This document shows, piece by piece, positions 21,305 to 30,783 of a stretch of DNA of 64,000 bases (positions are counted from its first letter, which is position 1; each line of letters starts with the position of its first letter). A program made the position numbers and the translations under genes. The notes beneath the pieces are model-generated. The model searched no databases. It was given only the letters and a program-made list of their open reading frames with translations, and was not told where the DNA came from. Source of the stretch: Rhodospirillaceae bacterium (lineage in GTDB: Bacteria; Pseudomonadota; Alphaproteobacteria; Rhodospirillales; UBA2165); assembly GCA_038127535.1 (NCBI GenBank), contig JAYPHU010000016.1, forward strand, positions 8,019 to 72,018, read 5' to 3'.

Positions 21305-21380
21305 GTCCAATCCAATTTAGGGAGTGACAGCCCTCTTGCCGGGGAACGGCGGGGGCGCTATAACGCCGCCTCCTAAGAGT

Positions 21381-21457
21381 CGGGGAGTGGCGCAGCCTGG
21401 TAGCGCACATCGTTCGGGACGATGGGGTCGGAGGTTCGAATCCTCTCTCCCCGACCA
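21381..21457 (+). tRNA. tRNA-Pro (anticodon CGG)
   Basis: Manual cloverleaf: acceptor CGGGGAG/CTCCCCG, D-stem GCGC/GCGC, anticodon stem CATCG/CGATG with loop TTCGGGA, T-arm GGAGG-TTCGAAT-CCTCT, encoded CCA. Confidence 0.9.
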
Positions 21458-21544
21458 ATTTGCTATCACATCGCCTTCGTCAATCCAGCGCACACGATTA
21501 TTGTGTCGCGGAGGAATCAGTTTACCTTCCGCTCTGGATGAGCC

Positions 21545-23054
21545 ATGCAGAGTAAATTCGAAAAATATCTGGACCGGGGCCTGGAATTGCAGCGGGCCAA
21601 CGACCTCGCAGGCGCGGAGAAACAGTACCCGCGGGCGCTGAAGCTGGAGAAGCGCCACCCGGAGGTTCTGCACCGGCTGGGCACGGTTAATGTGCAGATG
21701 CGCCGCTATCCGGAGGCGGTCACCCATTTCGGGCGCGCCATCGCGGCCGAACCCCGCGCACTGCCCAGCCTGCACAATCTGGCGATTGTCTATCAGGGCT
21801 TGGGCCGGGATGACGACGCCATCGCGGCCCATCAAAAAATCCTCACCCTGCAGCCGAACTCGGCCTAGACCTAGGGCCATCTGGCCCGGCTTTATGAGGA
21901 ACGAAACCTGGTCGACGAGGCGCAGGAGTATGTGGCCACCGGGCTCACGCTCGACGGGTTCAACCACATGCTGAACCTGATCGCCGTCCTCCTGGACCGC
22001 CGCGCCAAACGCTATGAGGACGGGCTTAGCCGGCTTGCTCAGATAGTTGAGCCCATCGACCGGACCAGGCCGCTACGCAAAAAATTTCTGTTCGAACAGG
22101 GCCGGGCTGGAGCTCACCGGGGATTATCCGGGCGCGTTCCAGGCCTTTACCTCGGCCAATAAAATCTCCGCCTGCTCCGCCATGGCCAGCACCACCGAAG
22201 GCGCAGATTACGCCGCCCACATCGACGCTATCCAGGCGGCCTTCACCGCCGACGTCATCGCCGAATGAGAACCTCGGTCGCCGGACTATACCGGCCAGAA
22301 CCTGTTATTTCTGTTGGGTTTTCCCCGGTCGGGCACCACTCTGTTGGACAATATCCTGGCCAGCCATCACAAGGTGACGACGCTGAGCGAGCTGCCGGCC
22401 GTGCAGACCATGATCGACACCCTGCACGGGCTGCCGGGCGGCTATCCGGACTGCCTGGCGGAAATCAACGAAACACAGATCGCCGCCGCGCAGAAAGCCT
22501 ATTTCGATGCGTTGGCGGAGGAAAACATTCCGGACGGTGTGCTGATCGTCGACAAGCTGCCGTTGAACCTGATTTACGGCGCGGCGCTCGCCCGAGTTTT
22601 TCCCGACGCCAAATACATCCTGGCGCTCCGCCATCCGTGCGACGCGTGTCTTTCCTGACTGATGCAGGATTTTGAGCCCAACGATGCGATAGCCAATTTC
22701 TTCACCATCGACGAGACGGTAGAGCTCTATGAGAACGTGATGAGGCTCTGGCTCCACTATCAGGAAATCTTGCCCCTGCAGGTGCATCGCAACCGCTATG
22801 AGGACGTAGTCGCCGACTTCGATCCGACTGTCAAATCCCTACTGGATTTCTTAGGTCTCGACTGGGTGGACGAGGTGAAGCAGTTCGACAAGCCTGAGCG
22901 GGACCGCCGCCATATCCGCACGCCCAGCTATGATCAGGTCTCCCGGCCGATCTACACCGAAGCGCGCTATCGCTGGACCCGCTACGAGGATCAGCTCGAA
23001 AGCGCCGCCGCCCGGCTCAAACCGTTTATCGAGGAATTCGGCTACGAGAGCTAA
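21545..23054 (+). pseudogene. TPR-repeat/sulfotransferase fusion gene, disrupted (4 in-frame stops + 1 frameshift)
   Basis: TPR repeats (21545-22160) continue through TAG 21866-21868 and TAG 21872-21874. An apparent 1-nt deletion lies near 22100-22110. TGA at 22266-22268 precedes the PAPS-loop LLFLLGFPRSGTTLL. TGA at 22656-22658 falls inside RHPCDACLS*LMQDF. Four ORF-track pieces (21545, 21932, 22314, 22662) plus frame-0 ORF 22047 tile one gene. Confidence 0.8.
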
Positions 23055-23064
23055 AAGCCGGGGC

Positions 23065-23910
23065 TTATTCGTCCCGGATGCCGTTGAACAGCGTGCCGAC
23101 CCCGGGGATGTCCACTTCCAGCACTTCACCGGCGCTGAGCCATTTGGGATCATCCGCGCCGGCGATCGTGCCGCCGGGACTGCCGGTGGCGATCATGTCG
23201 CCCGGCTGCAGGGTGAGGAAGCTCGACGCGTGGGCGATAATCGCCGGGATGTCGTAGATCATTAAATCCGTGCCGCCGTCCTGCACCACCTCGCCGTTGC
23301 GCCGGGTGGTGATGTGCAGCTTGGTCGGATCGCCGACTTCGTCCGCGGCGACAATCCACGGGCCCAGCCCGCCGCAGCGGTCGAAATTCTTGGTGGCGAA
23401 ATTTTGCGTGCCCGCCCGCTCCCACTTCCGGGGACTGCCCTCGTTCATAATCGTGTAGCCCATGACGTGATCGTAGGCGTCTTCCGGCGCGATGTGGCGG
23501 CCGCCGGTGCCGATCACGGCCACCAGTTCGCCCTCGTAATCCAGCCGCTCGCAGACTTTGGGGACCAGCATCTCCTGGCCGTGCGGAGCGAAACTGTGGG
23601 CCAGCCGGGCGAAGATGTTGGGATAGTCGAGCTTTCCCTGATGGATCACCTCGTGATAGGCGCGATAGTTGCGTCCGGCGCAGAGAAACTTGTCGGCGTT
23701 GGGGATCGGCAGATCGAACTCGATCTCGGTCAGTTGATGATCCGGTGTCTCGCCGGCCGCATCCTGCAGCTTGGCGAGCGCGCCGGCGGCAATGGCGTCT
23801 TTCAGCGTGGGATAGTCCGCGCCGAACCGCGCGTTCAGATCGACCACGCCGGCGTCGGTCGCCACACCGTATTTGGCTTCGCCGTTGATCTTATAGGAGA
23901 GAAGTTTCAT
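23065..23910 (-). CDS. Fumarylacetoacetate hydrolase (FAH) family protein
   Basis: MKLLSYKINGEAKYGV..., DYEGELVAVIG, and the GDMIATGSPGG C-terminal motif. The start is set at ATG 23910; the ORF-track N-terminal extension is Arg/Gly-rich noise. Confidence 0.85.
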   Translation of the reverse strand: MKLLSYKINGEAKYGVATDAGVVDLNARFGADYPTLKDAIAAGALAKLQDAAGETPDHQLTEIEFDLPIPNADKFLCAGRNYRAYHEVIHQGKLDYPNIFARLAHSFAPHGQEMLVPKVCERLDYEGELVAVIGTGGRHIAPEDAYDHVMGYTIMNEGSPRKWERAGTQNFATKNFDRCGGLGPWIVAADEVGDPTKLHITTRRNGEVVQDGGTDLMIYDIPAIIAHASSFLTLQPGDMIATGSPGGTIAGADDPKWLSAGEVLEVDIPGVGTLFNGIRDE

Positions 23911-23915
23911 GACAA

Positions 23916-24848
23916 CTAGGCCTCCTCCACCTGCCGTTGCAGCCCGGCGAACCGGTCCAGCCCCTCTTCCAGGGACCATTCGGCAAAGGCCCCGTCGGAC
24001 GGCACGATCTCCCGGGGGACCCAGGCCTTGGTCACCCGGTCCGTGTCGAACCCGTATTCCGCCGCGCCGCCGCACGGATTGCGGAAGTACCAGTAATAAG
24101 CCGAGGTGACATTGTGCCGGCCCGGCCCCAAATGGGTGTTCCAGCCGAGTTCCTTCATGCGGAGCCCGCCGCCGAACACCTCATGGATGTCGCGGAGCTC
24201 AAACGCTGTGTGATGGAAACCCATCTGGCCCGGCAGTTTGAACATAAACAGATTGTGGTGGTCGTTGGCCCCGCCGCAGCGCAGAAAGGCGCCCCGCTCC
24301 ACATAAGCGTCGGTCAGCAGGAAACCCAGCCGGTCCATATAGAATTTCGGCGTGCCCTCGATATCCTGAATATGAAAGACGGCGTGGACCAGGTTCTGCG
24401 GCGTCGCCCGGTCATAGAAGACGGCGGGTTCGTCAACCCGCTCTACCCGGCCCGGCGCGTTGTATTTGGACTCCCGCTGCGGCAGTTCCTGCATGTGCGC
24501 CACCCGGAATCCCATGCCATAACCTTCCGGATCCAAGGCGTGGACCGTGCCGTCGTCATCCACGGTGACGTCGCGGTCCTTGGCGAGTTCGGCGGCAATA
24601 TCGCCGACAACGCCCTGATCGGCGGCGGCCCAGACGGTTTCGCGGACGGTGGAGCCTTCCACCACCGGCGGCGGCAGGCTCGGGTCATCAATCGGGCGGA
24701 TTTCCACCTGAGACTTGTCGACAGTCTCGAAGATATTGCTGTTGGGCGCGTCGGCGATCTGGGTCAGGCCCCAGTCCAGCCAGAACTTTTTGCAGAGCGC
24801 CATATCCTCGACGCCGAATACCAGTTTATCGATTCCGATGAGGTTCAT
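23916..24848 (-). CDS. Two-domain VOC family protein (extradiol dioxygenase-like)
   Basis: IGIDKLVFGVEDMALCKKFW.. and ..LVHAVFHIQDIEG..HHTAFELRD. The start is at ATG 24848, preceded by AGGGA. ORF 23916..25313 over-extends. Confidence 0.7.
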   Translation of the reverse strand: MNLIGIDKLVFGVEDMALCKKFWLDWGLTQIADAPNSNIFETVDKSQVEIRPIDDPSLPPPVVEGSTVRETVWAAADQGVVGDIAAELAKDRDVTVDDDGTVHALDPEGYGMGFRVAHMQELPQRESKYNAPGRVERVDEPAVFYDRATPQNLVHAVFHIQDIEGTPKFYMDRLGFLLTDAYVERGAFLRCGGANDHHNLFMFKLPGQMGFHHTAFELRDIHEVFGGGLRMKELGWNTHLGPGRHNVTSAYYWYFRNPCGGAAEYGFDTDRVTKAWVPREIVPSDGAFAEWSLEEGLDRFAGLQRQVEEA

Positions 24849-25008
24849 GAGCATCCCTAAGAAAGAAATCGTTATATTTGATACTGACTCATAGCCCCAG
24901 CCACAACCACAGCTTTTGCAGTTCGTCTCAAATTCGACCCTGCCCGCTAGAGATTCCCTCATTGACCGGGACCTCAGTCCCTGGATAATCGCGCCCGGAG
25001 GTACATCC

Positions 25009-26097
25009 ATGCGTGGATTCTTGGTGGGCGGCGTGCTTGGGCTGATTTTGGGGGTGATCCTGGCGGTGACCGGCCCTGCGGGACGCGCCCCGATCCCGGT
25101 CGAAGCTGAAACCAAAACAGAAAAAGACATGGAACCGCAGAAATGGCGGCTGGTCAGCGCCTTTTCGGCGGAAGACTTCCATACGGCCGGCGTGGCGGAA
25201 CTCTTGTCCAACCGGCTGTCCCTGGTTACCGATAAAAAGCTCACGCTGGAACTCCACGGGGGCGGCGCGATCGTCCCGTCCCTGGAAGTCTTTGACGCCG
25301 TCGCCTCCGGCACCGTAGAAGCCGGCTTATCCAGCCCCGCCTACTGGGGCGGCAAAGCCAGCGAGCTGGAGCTGTTCGGCGGCATTCCTTTTGGTCCCGA
25401 TGTCGTCGAATTTCTCGCCTGGTTCGAAACCGGCGGCGGCAACCGGCTATTCCGCGCCGCTTACCGGCCGCACAACATCCACGCCATTCTCTGCGGAATA
25501 TCCGGCCCCACTGGCGGAGGCTGGTACGAAACGGATATACAGGAGTTCACGGACCTAAAAGGTAAAACCATTGCCGCCGTGGGCCTCACCGCCAAGGTTG
25601 TAGAACGGCTCGGCGCCAAACCCGTCCAGCTCGCCAGTCAGGACATTTTCCCGGCACTCAAGCGGGGTGACATTTCCGGCGCAACCTTCCCTATTCCGCA
25701 CCTTGATCAAAGTGAGGGCCTGCCCAAGAACGCAAAGCATTTTTATTTCCCGGGATGGTCTCAGCCGTTCAGCACACTGGATCTTCTGATCAATCTCAAT
25801 AAATGGAACGCGCTGCCTGCGGAAACTCGAGGTGAGATCGAACAGGCCTGCTACATGGCGGTGCTCGACAGCCTCGCCCAAAGCGAAGGCCGCCGGTTTG
25901 CCATTCTCAAATTTCTTGTGAAGAAGGGGGTCGTGGTTCAACGCTGGCCAAGCAATATCATCGACGCCCTTCGGTCAGCCTGGCAAAAGGAGCGCCGGCG
26001 CCTATCGGCTAATGACAAGGCGTTCGCGAGAACGTGGCGGTCCCTGGCTAAATTTAGGGAAGATTATGCCATTTGGCGGGAACTCGGGTATCTTTGA
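25009..26097 (+). CDS. TRAP-type transporter periplasmic substrate-binding protein (DctP-like), orphan
   Basis: Signal/TM MRGFLVGGVLGLILGVILAV; LKGKTIAAVGLTAKVVERLGAKPVQLASQDIFPALKRGDISGATF. GGAGG lies 7 nt upstream of ATG 25009. No DctQ/DctM genes nearby. Confidence 0.7.
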   Translation: MRGFLVGGVLGLILGVILAVTGPAGRAPIPVEAETKTEKDMEPQKWRLVSAFSAEDFHTAGVAELLSNRLSLVTDKKLTLELHGGGAIVPSLEVFDAVASGTVEAGLSSPAYWGGKASELELFGGIPFGPDVVEFLAWFETGGGNRLFRAAYRPHNIHAILCGISGPTGGGWYETDIQEFTDLKGKTIAAVGLTAKVVERLGAKPVQLASQDIFPALKRGDISGATFPIPHLDQSEGLPKNAKHFYFPGWSQPFSTLDLLINLNKWNALPAETRGEIEQACYMAVLDSLAQSEGRRFAILKFLVKKGVVVQRWPSNIIDALRSAWQKERRRLSANDKAFARTWRSLAKFREDYAIWRELGYL

Positions 26098-26223
26098 GCC
26101 AAACACGGGATCGTGGTTTGATCGTGAACAGTTGCCAAATTTAGAACACATTGTTAGACGATACGCGTTGCTCGGTCGCAAGAACCGGCATCTCGAATGG
26201 AGCATTCAACTGGAGAAGAAAAA

Positions 26224-26613
26224 ATGTTGCGTAAGACTGTAATCACGACGGGCCTGCTGCTGTCCGCCCTGGCGCTGGCCACACCGGCATCCGCCGCCGG
26301 CGATGCCGTCAAGGGCAAAAAAGCGTTTAACAAGTGTAAGGCCTGCCACACGGTCAAGGCCGGAAAACACAAAACCGGACCTTCCCTCGCCGGCGTGGTT
26401 GGCCGCAAAGCGGGTACGGCTGAGGGCTTTACCCGCTATAGGGGCCTGAAAGGCGCCGATTGGACCTGGGATGACGCCACGCTGGACGCCTATCTGAACG
26501 ATCCGAAGAAATTCACAAAGGCGAAAACCGGCAAGAATTCCGCGATGGCCCTCAAAACAAGAAAGAAGTCCACACGGGCCGACCTGATCGCCTATTTAAA
26601 AACTCTCAAATAA
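26224..26613 (+). CDS. Class I c-type cytochrome (c2/c550-like)
   Basis: Signal peptide MLRKTVITTGLLLSALALATPASA, heme motif CKACH, distal Met in NSAMA. Confidence 0.85.
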   Translation: MLRKTVITTGLLLSALALATPASAAGDAVKGKKAFNKCKACHTVKAGKHKTGPSLAGVVGRKAGTAEGFTRYRGLKGADWTWDDATLDAYLNDPKKFTKAKTGKNSAMALKTRKKSTRADLIAYLKTLK

Positions 26614-26641
26614 GCCGGCCACAGCCGAAGGAGACAGTTTC

Positions 26642-26672
26642 AAAGGGCCGGCGCCGCAAGGACCGGTCCTTT
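26642..26672. terminator. Possible hairpin between convergent genes
   Basis: AAAGGGCCGG-cgccgcaagga-CCGGTCCTTT (10-bp stem with one G-T pair). No clear U-tract. Confidence 0.3.
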
Positions 26673-26748
26673 CGCTTGCCGACTAAAGCAGCTTTTTCTC
26701 CTTAAAGTTTTTCGCCGCGCCGGAATTGATCGGTGCGGAAAGGCCGTT

Positions 26749-27681
26749 TTAGACCATCTTCTCTCTGGCAAGACGCCTAAAGGCGGGATGCAGCTTCCGG
26801 AAGGCGGACAAGTTGTTCATTACCGATTGGGTGACTTGGTAAACAATCCGCGCGTCGATCTTGGCCGATGTTACCAAAGTAGCTACCACGCCAAACGTGG
26901 TGACATGCTTGACTGTCGTTTTATAGGTGCCCTGTGGAATGGTCGCAAACGCGTGGTACGGATATTTCGCGACCAGTACTTTCTCGACATCACTGTTCAG
27001 ATCAATAATTTGGGCGCCGCAATTATCGGTCGCGATGCCCACCCCAATGTTGGGAACGCCGACGGTATACCCGTAGGCGTCAAACTTGCATTCGCATAAG
27101 GCCTTGGATTGACCAGTCGAGGTGTACTGGGTCACCTGTGCGAAATCCTTCACCGTCTTACCATGTGCGCGCATGAGCTCTTCCATGGTGCCGCGGTGTT
27201 CTGAGCCAGGGTCACCAATGTTAACGCGCTTGCCCTTCAGATCGGACCACCGGCGAATATTAGAGCCCAGCCGCACGATAAGCTGGAACGGCTCGGCGTG
27301 GATAGAGAAAACGGACCGCAGATTGCCGAACTTCTTACCCTTGAATTTGCTGGTGCCGTTGTAGGCATGGTACTGCCAATCCGATTGGGCAATACCGAAA
27401 TCGATCACGCCTTCCCGGATTTTCTCGAGATTTAATATGGAGCCGTCGGTTGACGGGGCGGAGCAGCGTAAACCCACCATCTGGCCCTTACTCTTGACCG
27501 GCTTGACCTTGGCGTTCACCGCCTTGCAAATAGAATTACCGGCGGCAAAGTAAACGCCGGTGGGCCCGCCCGTACCAATCTGGATGACCCGCTATTTTTG
27601 GGCATCAGCCGTTCCACCGCCGGCCAATAGAATGGCCGTTGATAAGCTAAGCCCCAAAGCGAAATTTCCGGAAAGTTTCAT
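26749..27681 (-). pseudogene. TAXI-family TRAP solute receptor gene interrupted by one in-frame TAG
   Basis: ATG 27681 gives [29 protein letters not shown], then TAG (27594-27592), then RVIQIGTGGPTGVYFAAGNSICKAVNAKV..., all in one frame with ORF 26749..27519. TAXI motifs IGTGGxTGVY and DLKGKRVNIGDPGSE. Confidence 0.7.
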
Positions 27682-27897
27682 GGCGTAAGGCTCCTTTTTT
27701 CTCGAACGGATGATCAGTCCAGACAAAACATTTTCCACCTCAGTTTCAGCGTAAACCAGCATAAACCAGTACGAAAAGGGAATTCCCGGGACGGCCTGAT
27801 CCGGAAAAGTCCAGGACGGCCCCGAGATTGCCCGCCTAGATACAAGAAGTTAGGATGCGACGCTAATTCGAGGGACCATCAAAAGGCTTTAATCTCC

Positions 27898-28413
27898 ATG
27901 GACATCAAAGACCATATTCGTAGCATTCCCGATTTTCCGAAACCCGGAATCCTGTTCTATGACATTTCCACGCTCTGCGCTCATCCGGACGCCTGGCAGG
28001 TTACTATGGGGCGACTGGCCAAGATTATCAGCCGGCATCAGCCGGACGTGCTGGCCGGGATCGAGTCTCGGGGCTTCCTGGTAGCCGCGCCGCTGGCGCT
28101 GAAACTGGGGCTGGGATTCATCATGGCGCGCAAACAGGGTAAGCTCCCCGGTGAGACGGTCGCCCACGAGTACGATCTGGAGTACGGCACGGACACAATC
28201 GAAATTCAGGCCGACGCCATTGAGCCGGGTCAACGAGTGGTCATTTTGGATGACCTTTTGGCCACCGGCGGCACTTTAAACGCGGCTGTGGAACTGTTCA
28301 AAAAAGTCGGTGCCGAAGTCGTCGGCAGCGCCTGCATCGTGGAACTGGGCTTCCTGAATGGCCGGGACAAACTTGATATCCCGTGCGACACGCTGGTCAC
28401 CTACGACGAATAG
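27898..28413 (+). CDS. apt: Adenine phosphoribosyltransferase
   Basis: [18 protein letters not shown] and [17 protein letters not shown]-binding motif. Confidence 0.9.
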   Translation: MDIKDHIRSIPDFPKPGILFYDISTLCAHPDAWQVTMGRLAKIISRHQPDVLAGIESRGFLVAAPLALKLGLGFIMARKQGKLPGETVAHEYDLEYGTDTIEIQADAIEPGQRVVILDDLLATGGTLNAAVELFKKVGAEVVGSACIVELGFLNGRDKLDIPCDTLVTYDE

Positions 28414-28443
28414 GCGCCCACAAAATAGAGAGAGGAGATCACC

Positions 28444-29499
28444 ATGGCTAACGCACCATCCGGACCGAAAGTCCACCTCGTCGGTAGCGTGCCCTTGAAC
28501 ACGGCGGAAGAAGTCTTCACCCAGGTGAGCGCCGCCGTGGGCGATCATTTTTGCCGCCTCCCCGATGGCGAGACCGGCAGCCGCAAAGGCTGGATCGCGC
28601 AAATACAGCGCCGCCTCGCCGATCATCCTAATATGGAGCCTGACGATTCCATCCCGCCGTTCCAGTTCAAGCAGTGGGACGGCAAGGTTGTCCGTGAATA
28701 TCAGCTGATCCGCCTCACCGACGGCACGGACGCGGATAGTGTCACATTCGACGCCGGATACGCCGACGACGCCATCGCCTCCTATGCCGAGTTTGAAAAG
28801 ATGCAGGCCGCCGGGAAAATTCCGGCAGGTGTGCGGTTCCAGGTGAGCCTGCCCAGCCCCCTGGCGCCGACCTATAACTATTGCTCACCGGCGCACCGGC
28901 TGAATTTCCTTCGCATATTCGAAAAATCCCTGCTCGCCGATCTGGACCGGATCGCCGCCGCCATTCCTCACGAGAAATTGGCGATCCAATGGGACATTTG
29001 CCAGGAGGTCCTGGTCTTCGAGGATTATTATCTCGCCCGGCCCGATGACTACAAACAAGAGGCCTTCGAGCAGTTCGGCCGCATCGGCGATGCCGTGCCG
29101 GCGGATATCGAGGTCGGCTACCATCTTTGCTACGGCAGCCCCATGGACGAGCATGTGATCCAGCCGAAAGACGCGGCGATCCTGGCGGAGCTTACTCAGG
29201 GCATCGTCGATCACGTCAAACGCCCGGTGCAGTTCATCCATATCCCGGTGCCGAAGGACCGGACCGACGACGCCTACTACCAGCCGTTGGAAGCGTTAAA
29301 CCTGCCGGCGGCGACCGATTTCTATCTGGGCTTGGTGCACGACGGGGATGATGACGGCAACCGGACGCGGCTGGGGCTTGCCCAAGCCCATTGCCGGGTC
29401 GACGGCGTGGCGACGGAATGCGGCTGGGGCCGGGGGGCGCCGGAACGGGTGCCGGGTATTCTTTCGGCCCATGCCAACACCATCGGCTATTTCAGCTAG
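28444..29499 (+). CDS. Uncharacterised protein, possibly MetE/UROD-like TIM-barrel with a Zn site
   Basis: GYHLCYGSP (His-x-Cys) and ATECGWGRG resemble the MetE zinc ligand motifs HMCYS / DCGL. Good RBS (GAGAGGAG) upstream. The similarity is motif-level only. Confidence 0.4.
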   Translation: MANAPSGPKVHLVGSVPLNTAEEVFTQVSAAVGDHFCRLPDGETGSRKGWIAQIQRRLADHPNMEPDDSIPPFQFKQWDGKVVREYQLIRLTDGTDADSVTFDAGYADDAIASYAEFEKMQAAGKIPAGVRFQVSLPSPLAPTYNYCSPAHRLNFLRIFEKSLLADLDRIAAAIPHEKLAIQWDICQEVLVFEDYYLARPDDYKQEAFEQFGRIGDAVPADIEVGYHLCYGSPMDEHVIQPKDAAILAELTQGIVDHVKRPVQFIHIPVPKDRTDDAYYQPLEALNLPAATDFYLGLVHDGDDDGNRTRLGLAQAHCRVDGVATECGWGRGAPERVPGILSAHANTIGYFS

Positions 29500-29508
29500 G
29501 CGCTGGCC

Positions 29509-30753
29509 TTAATCGTGATCATGGTGGTGGGCGGACTCGGCATAGTGCCGGCGTAGCAGGTCAATCCCGTAATCGTTGCCGTTGGGCGTACGGATGATCG
29601 TGTGGACGTGGAATTTCTGCGGCTCTTTGTTGGTCAGAAACACACCCGTGTGCAGATCAAACTCGATAAACACCACCGGACTTTGGATGCGATAGTAAAA
29701 GGCGTCCGCTTCGCCGGTGCCGCCGATCCAACAGAAATGGGTGTCGGCCAGATGCCGCTCCACATCTCCCATCTTCGCCGCTAAAGGCCCGGCGGGGAGA
29801 ATATTCAGATAGGCTTCGGTTAAATCCAGCAACCGCTGTTGTTCGGCCTTGGACATGTCGGCCGCTTTCAATCCCTCGTAGGGAACAACCCGATTGTCCT
29901 GGTGAGCGCCGCCCATATGCAGGTGATCCGCATAGTGCCACCGGCCTTCTGGCAGATCCCCGCCCATCACGGATTGGTAGACAATGGCCCTGTCCCGCTT
30001 GTCCGGAGAGAGCCCGCGCATCAGCTCCAGCCCGATCCGCTCTTCATCCTCGAACAGGCTCAGCCCGTTGTTAGGGCCTTGATCGGCGAAGGCCGGTTCC
30101 GCCCCGAAGAAAGACGGCGTCAGCACCATCTGATCCTTGAAAACAAAACAACTGACGCAGAGATGATGGCCGAACAATTGCCAGCCCCAGGGCTCTTCCG
30201 TTGAGGGGGTGCCGAACAGGCAAAACTTGAAACTCCACTCACCGAGCACGCCGGAATAGCCGATCAGATCGCCCAGGAACCCATTGAGCCGCATGACGCC
30301 CAACGTGCGCTCATAGCCGATCTCGCTGAGGCTCGCCCGGACCACATTCATGATCTCACCTCGGACGGACTCCCCGTTGCCGTCCAGCCGCAGCCCATGC
30401 TTCTCCAGCATAAGCTCGGTGTTTTGCCACTGCTGCCACATGCCTGAGTCGATGGGGAAATGGCCGATCTTCCGCTGTTCGGCAGATAGGACCGAGAGGA
30501 GTTTACTCGCGGCCTCCGCCATGGCGGCCGTGGGCGCGTTCTCTCCGCGGATGGAATAGAGACCGGGGATCACCTCACCCGTCGCGGTGATGCCCTTGAA
30601 CGGGTCGGCCGACAGTTCCTTCCACAGGTTAATCAGCCCTTGCAGACGCGGCCGGTCGATGCGATCGGCCGTATGCGCCTCGGCGGTCATGCCGGCAGGA
30701 TATTGGTCCGGCAGGTAGGGCCGGTAGTCGGGGCGGTTCAAGGCATCAGTCAT
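29509..30753 (-). CDS. DUF3500-like protein with a C-terminal His-rich tail
   Basis: WGWQLFGHHLCVSCF and FIEFDLHTGVF patterns, as I recall them for DUF3500. Ends ..AESAHHHDHD. Confidence 0.45.
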   Translation of the reverse strand: MTDALNRPDYRPYLPDQYPAGMTAEAHTADRIDRPRLQGLINLWKELSADPFKGITATGEVIPGLYSIRGENAPTAAMAEAASKLLSVLSAEQRKIGHFPIDSGMWQQWQNTELMLEKHGLRLDGNGESVRGEIMNVVRASLSEIGYERTLGVMRLNGFLGDLIGYSGVLGEWSFKFCLFGTPSTEEPWGWQLFGHHLCVSCFVFKDQMVLTPSFFGAEPAFADQGPNNGLSLFEDEERIGLELMRGLSPDKRDRAIVYQSVMGGDLPEGRWHYADHLHMGGAHQDNRVVPYEGLKAADMSKAEQQRLLDLTEAYLNILPAGPLAAKMGDVERHLADTHFCWIGGTGEADAFYYRIQSPVVFIEFDLHTGVFLTNKEPQKFHVHTIIRTPNGNDYGIDLLRRHYAESAHHHDHD

Positions 30754-30783
30754 TTGAAAGGCAGCATATCCCGGCAGTGGCGC

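Noticed and set aside
23916-25313. Long N-terminal extensions of track ORFs (e.g. 23916-25313, 23065-24075, 37463-38809, 36274-37560, 39439-40527, 38423-39661)
   Set aside because: The extensions overlap neighbouring genes or intergenic repeats and are compositionally aberrant. Internal ATG codons with RBS-like sequences coincide with the N-termini expected for the families, so the starts were moved.
21866-27594. Possibility that the in-frame TAG/TGA codons reflect recoding (pyrrolysine, selenocysteine or a suppressor)
   Set aside because: One of the affected genes also carries a frameshift. The positions are not catalytic Cys/Sec-type sites with a recognisable SECIS-like hairpin. No pyl or sel genes are in the window. 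All other genes in the window terminate normally at TAG/TGA. Pseudogenisation or sequencing error is more economical.
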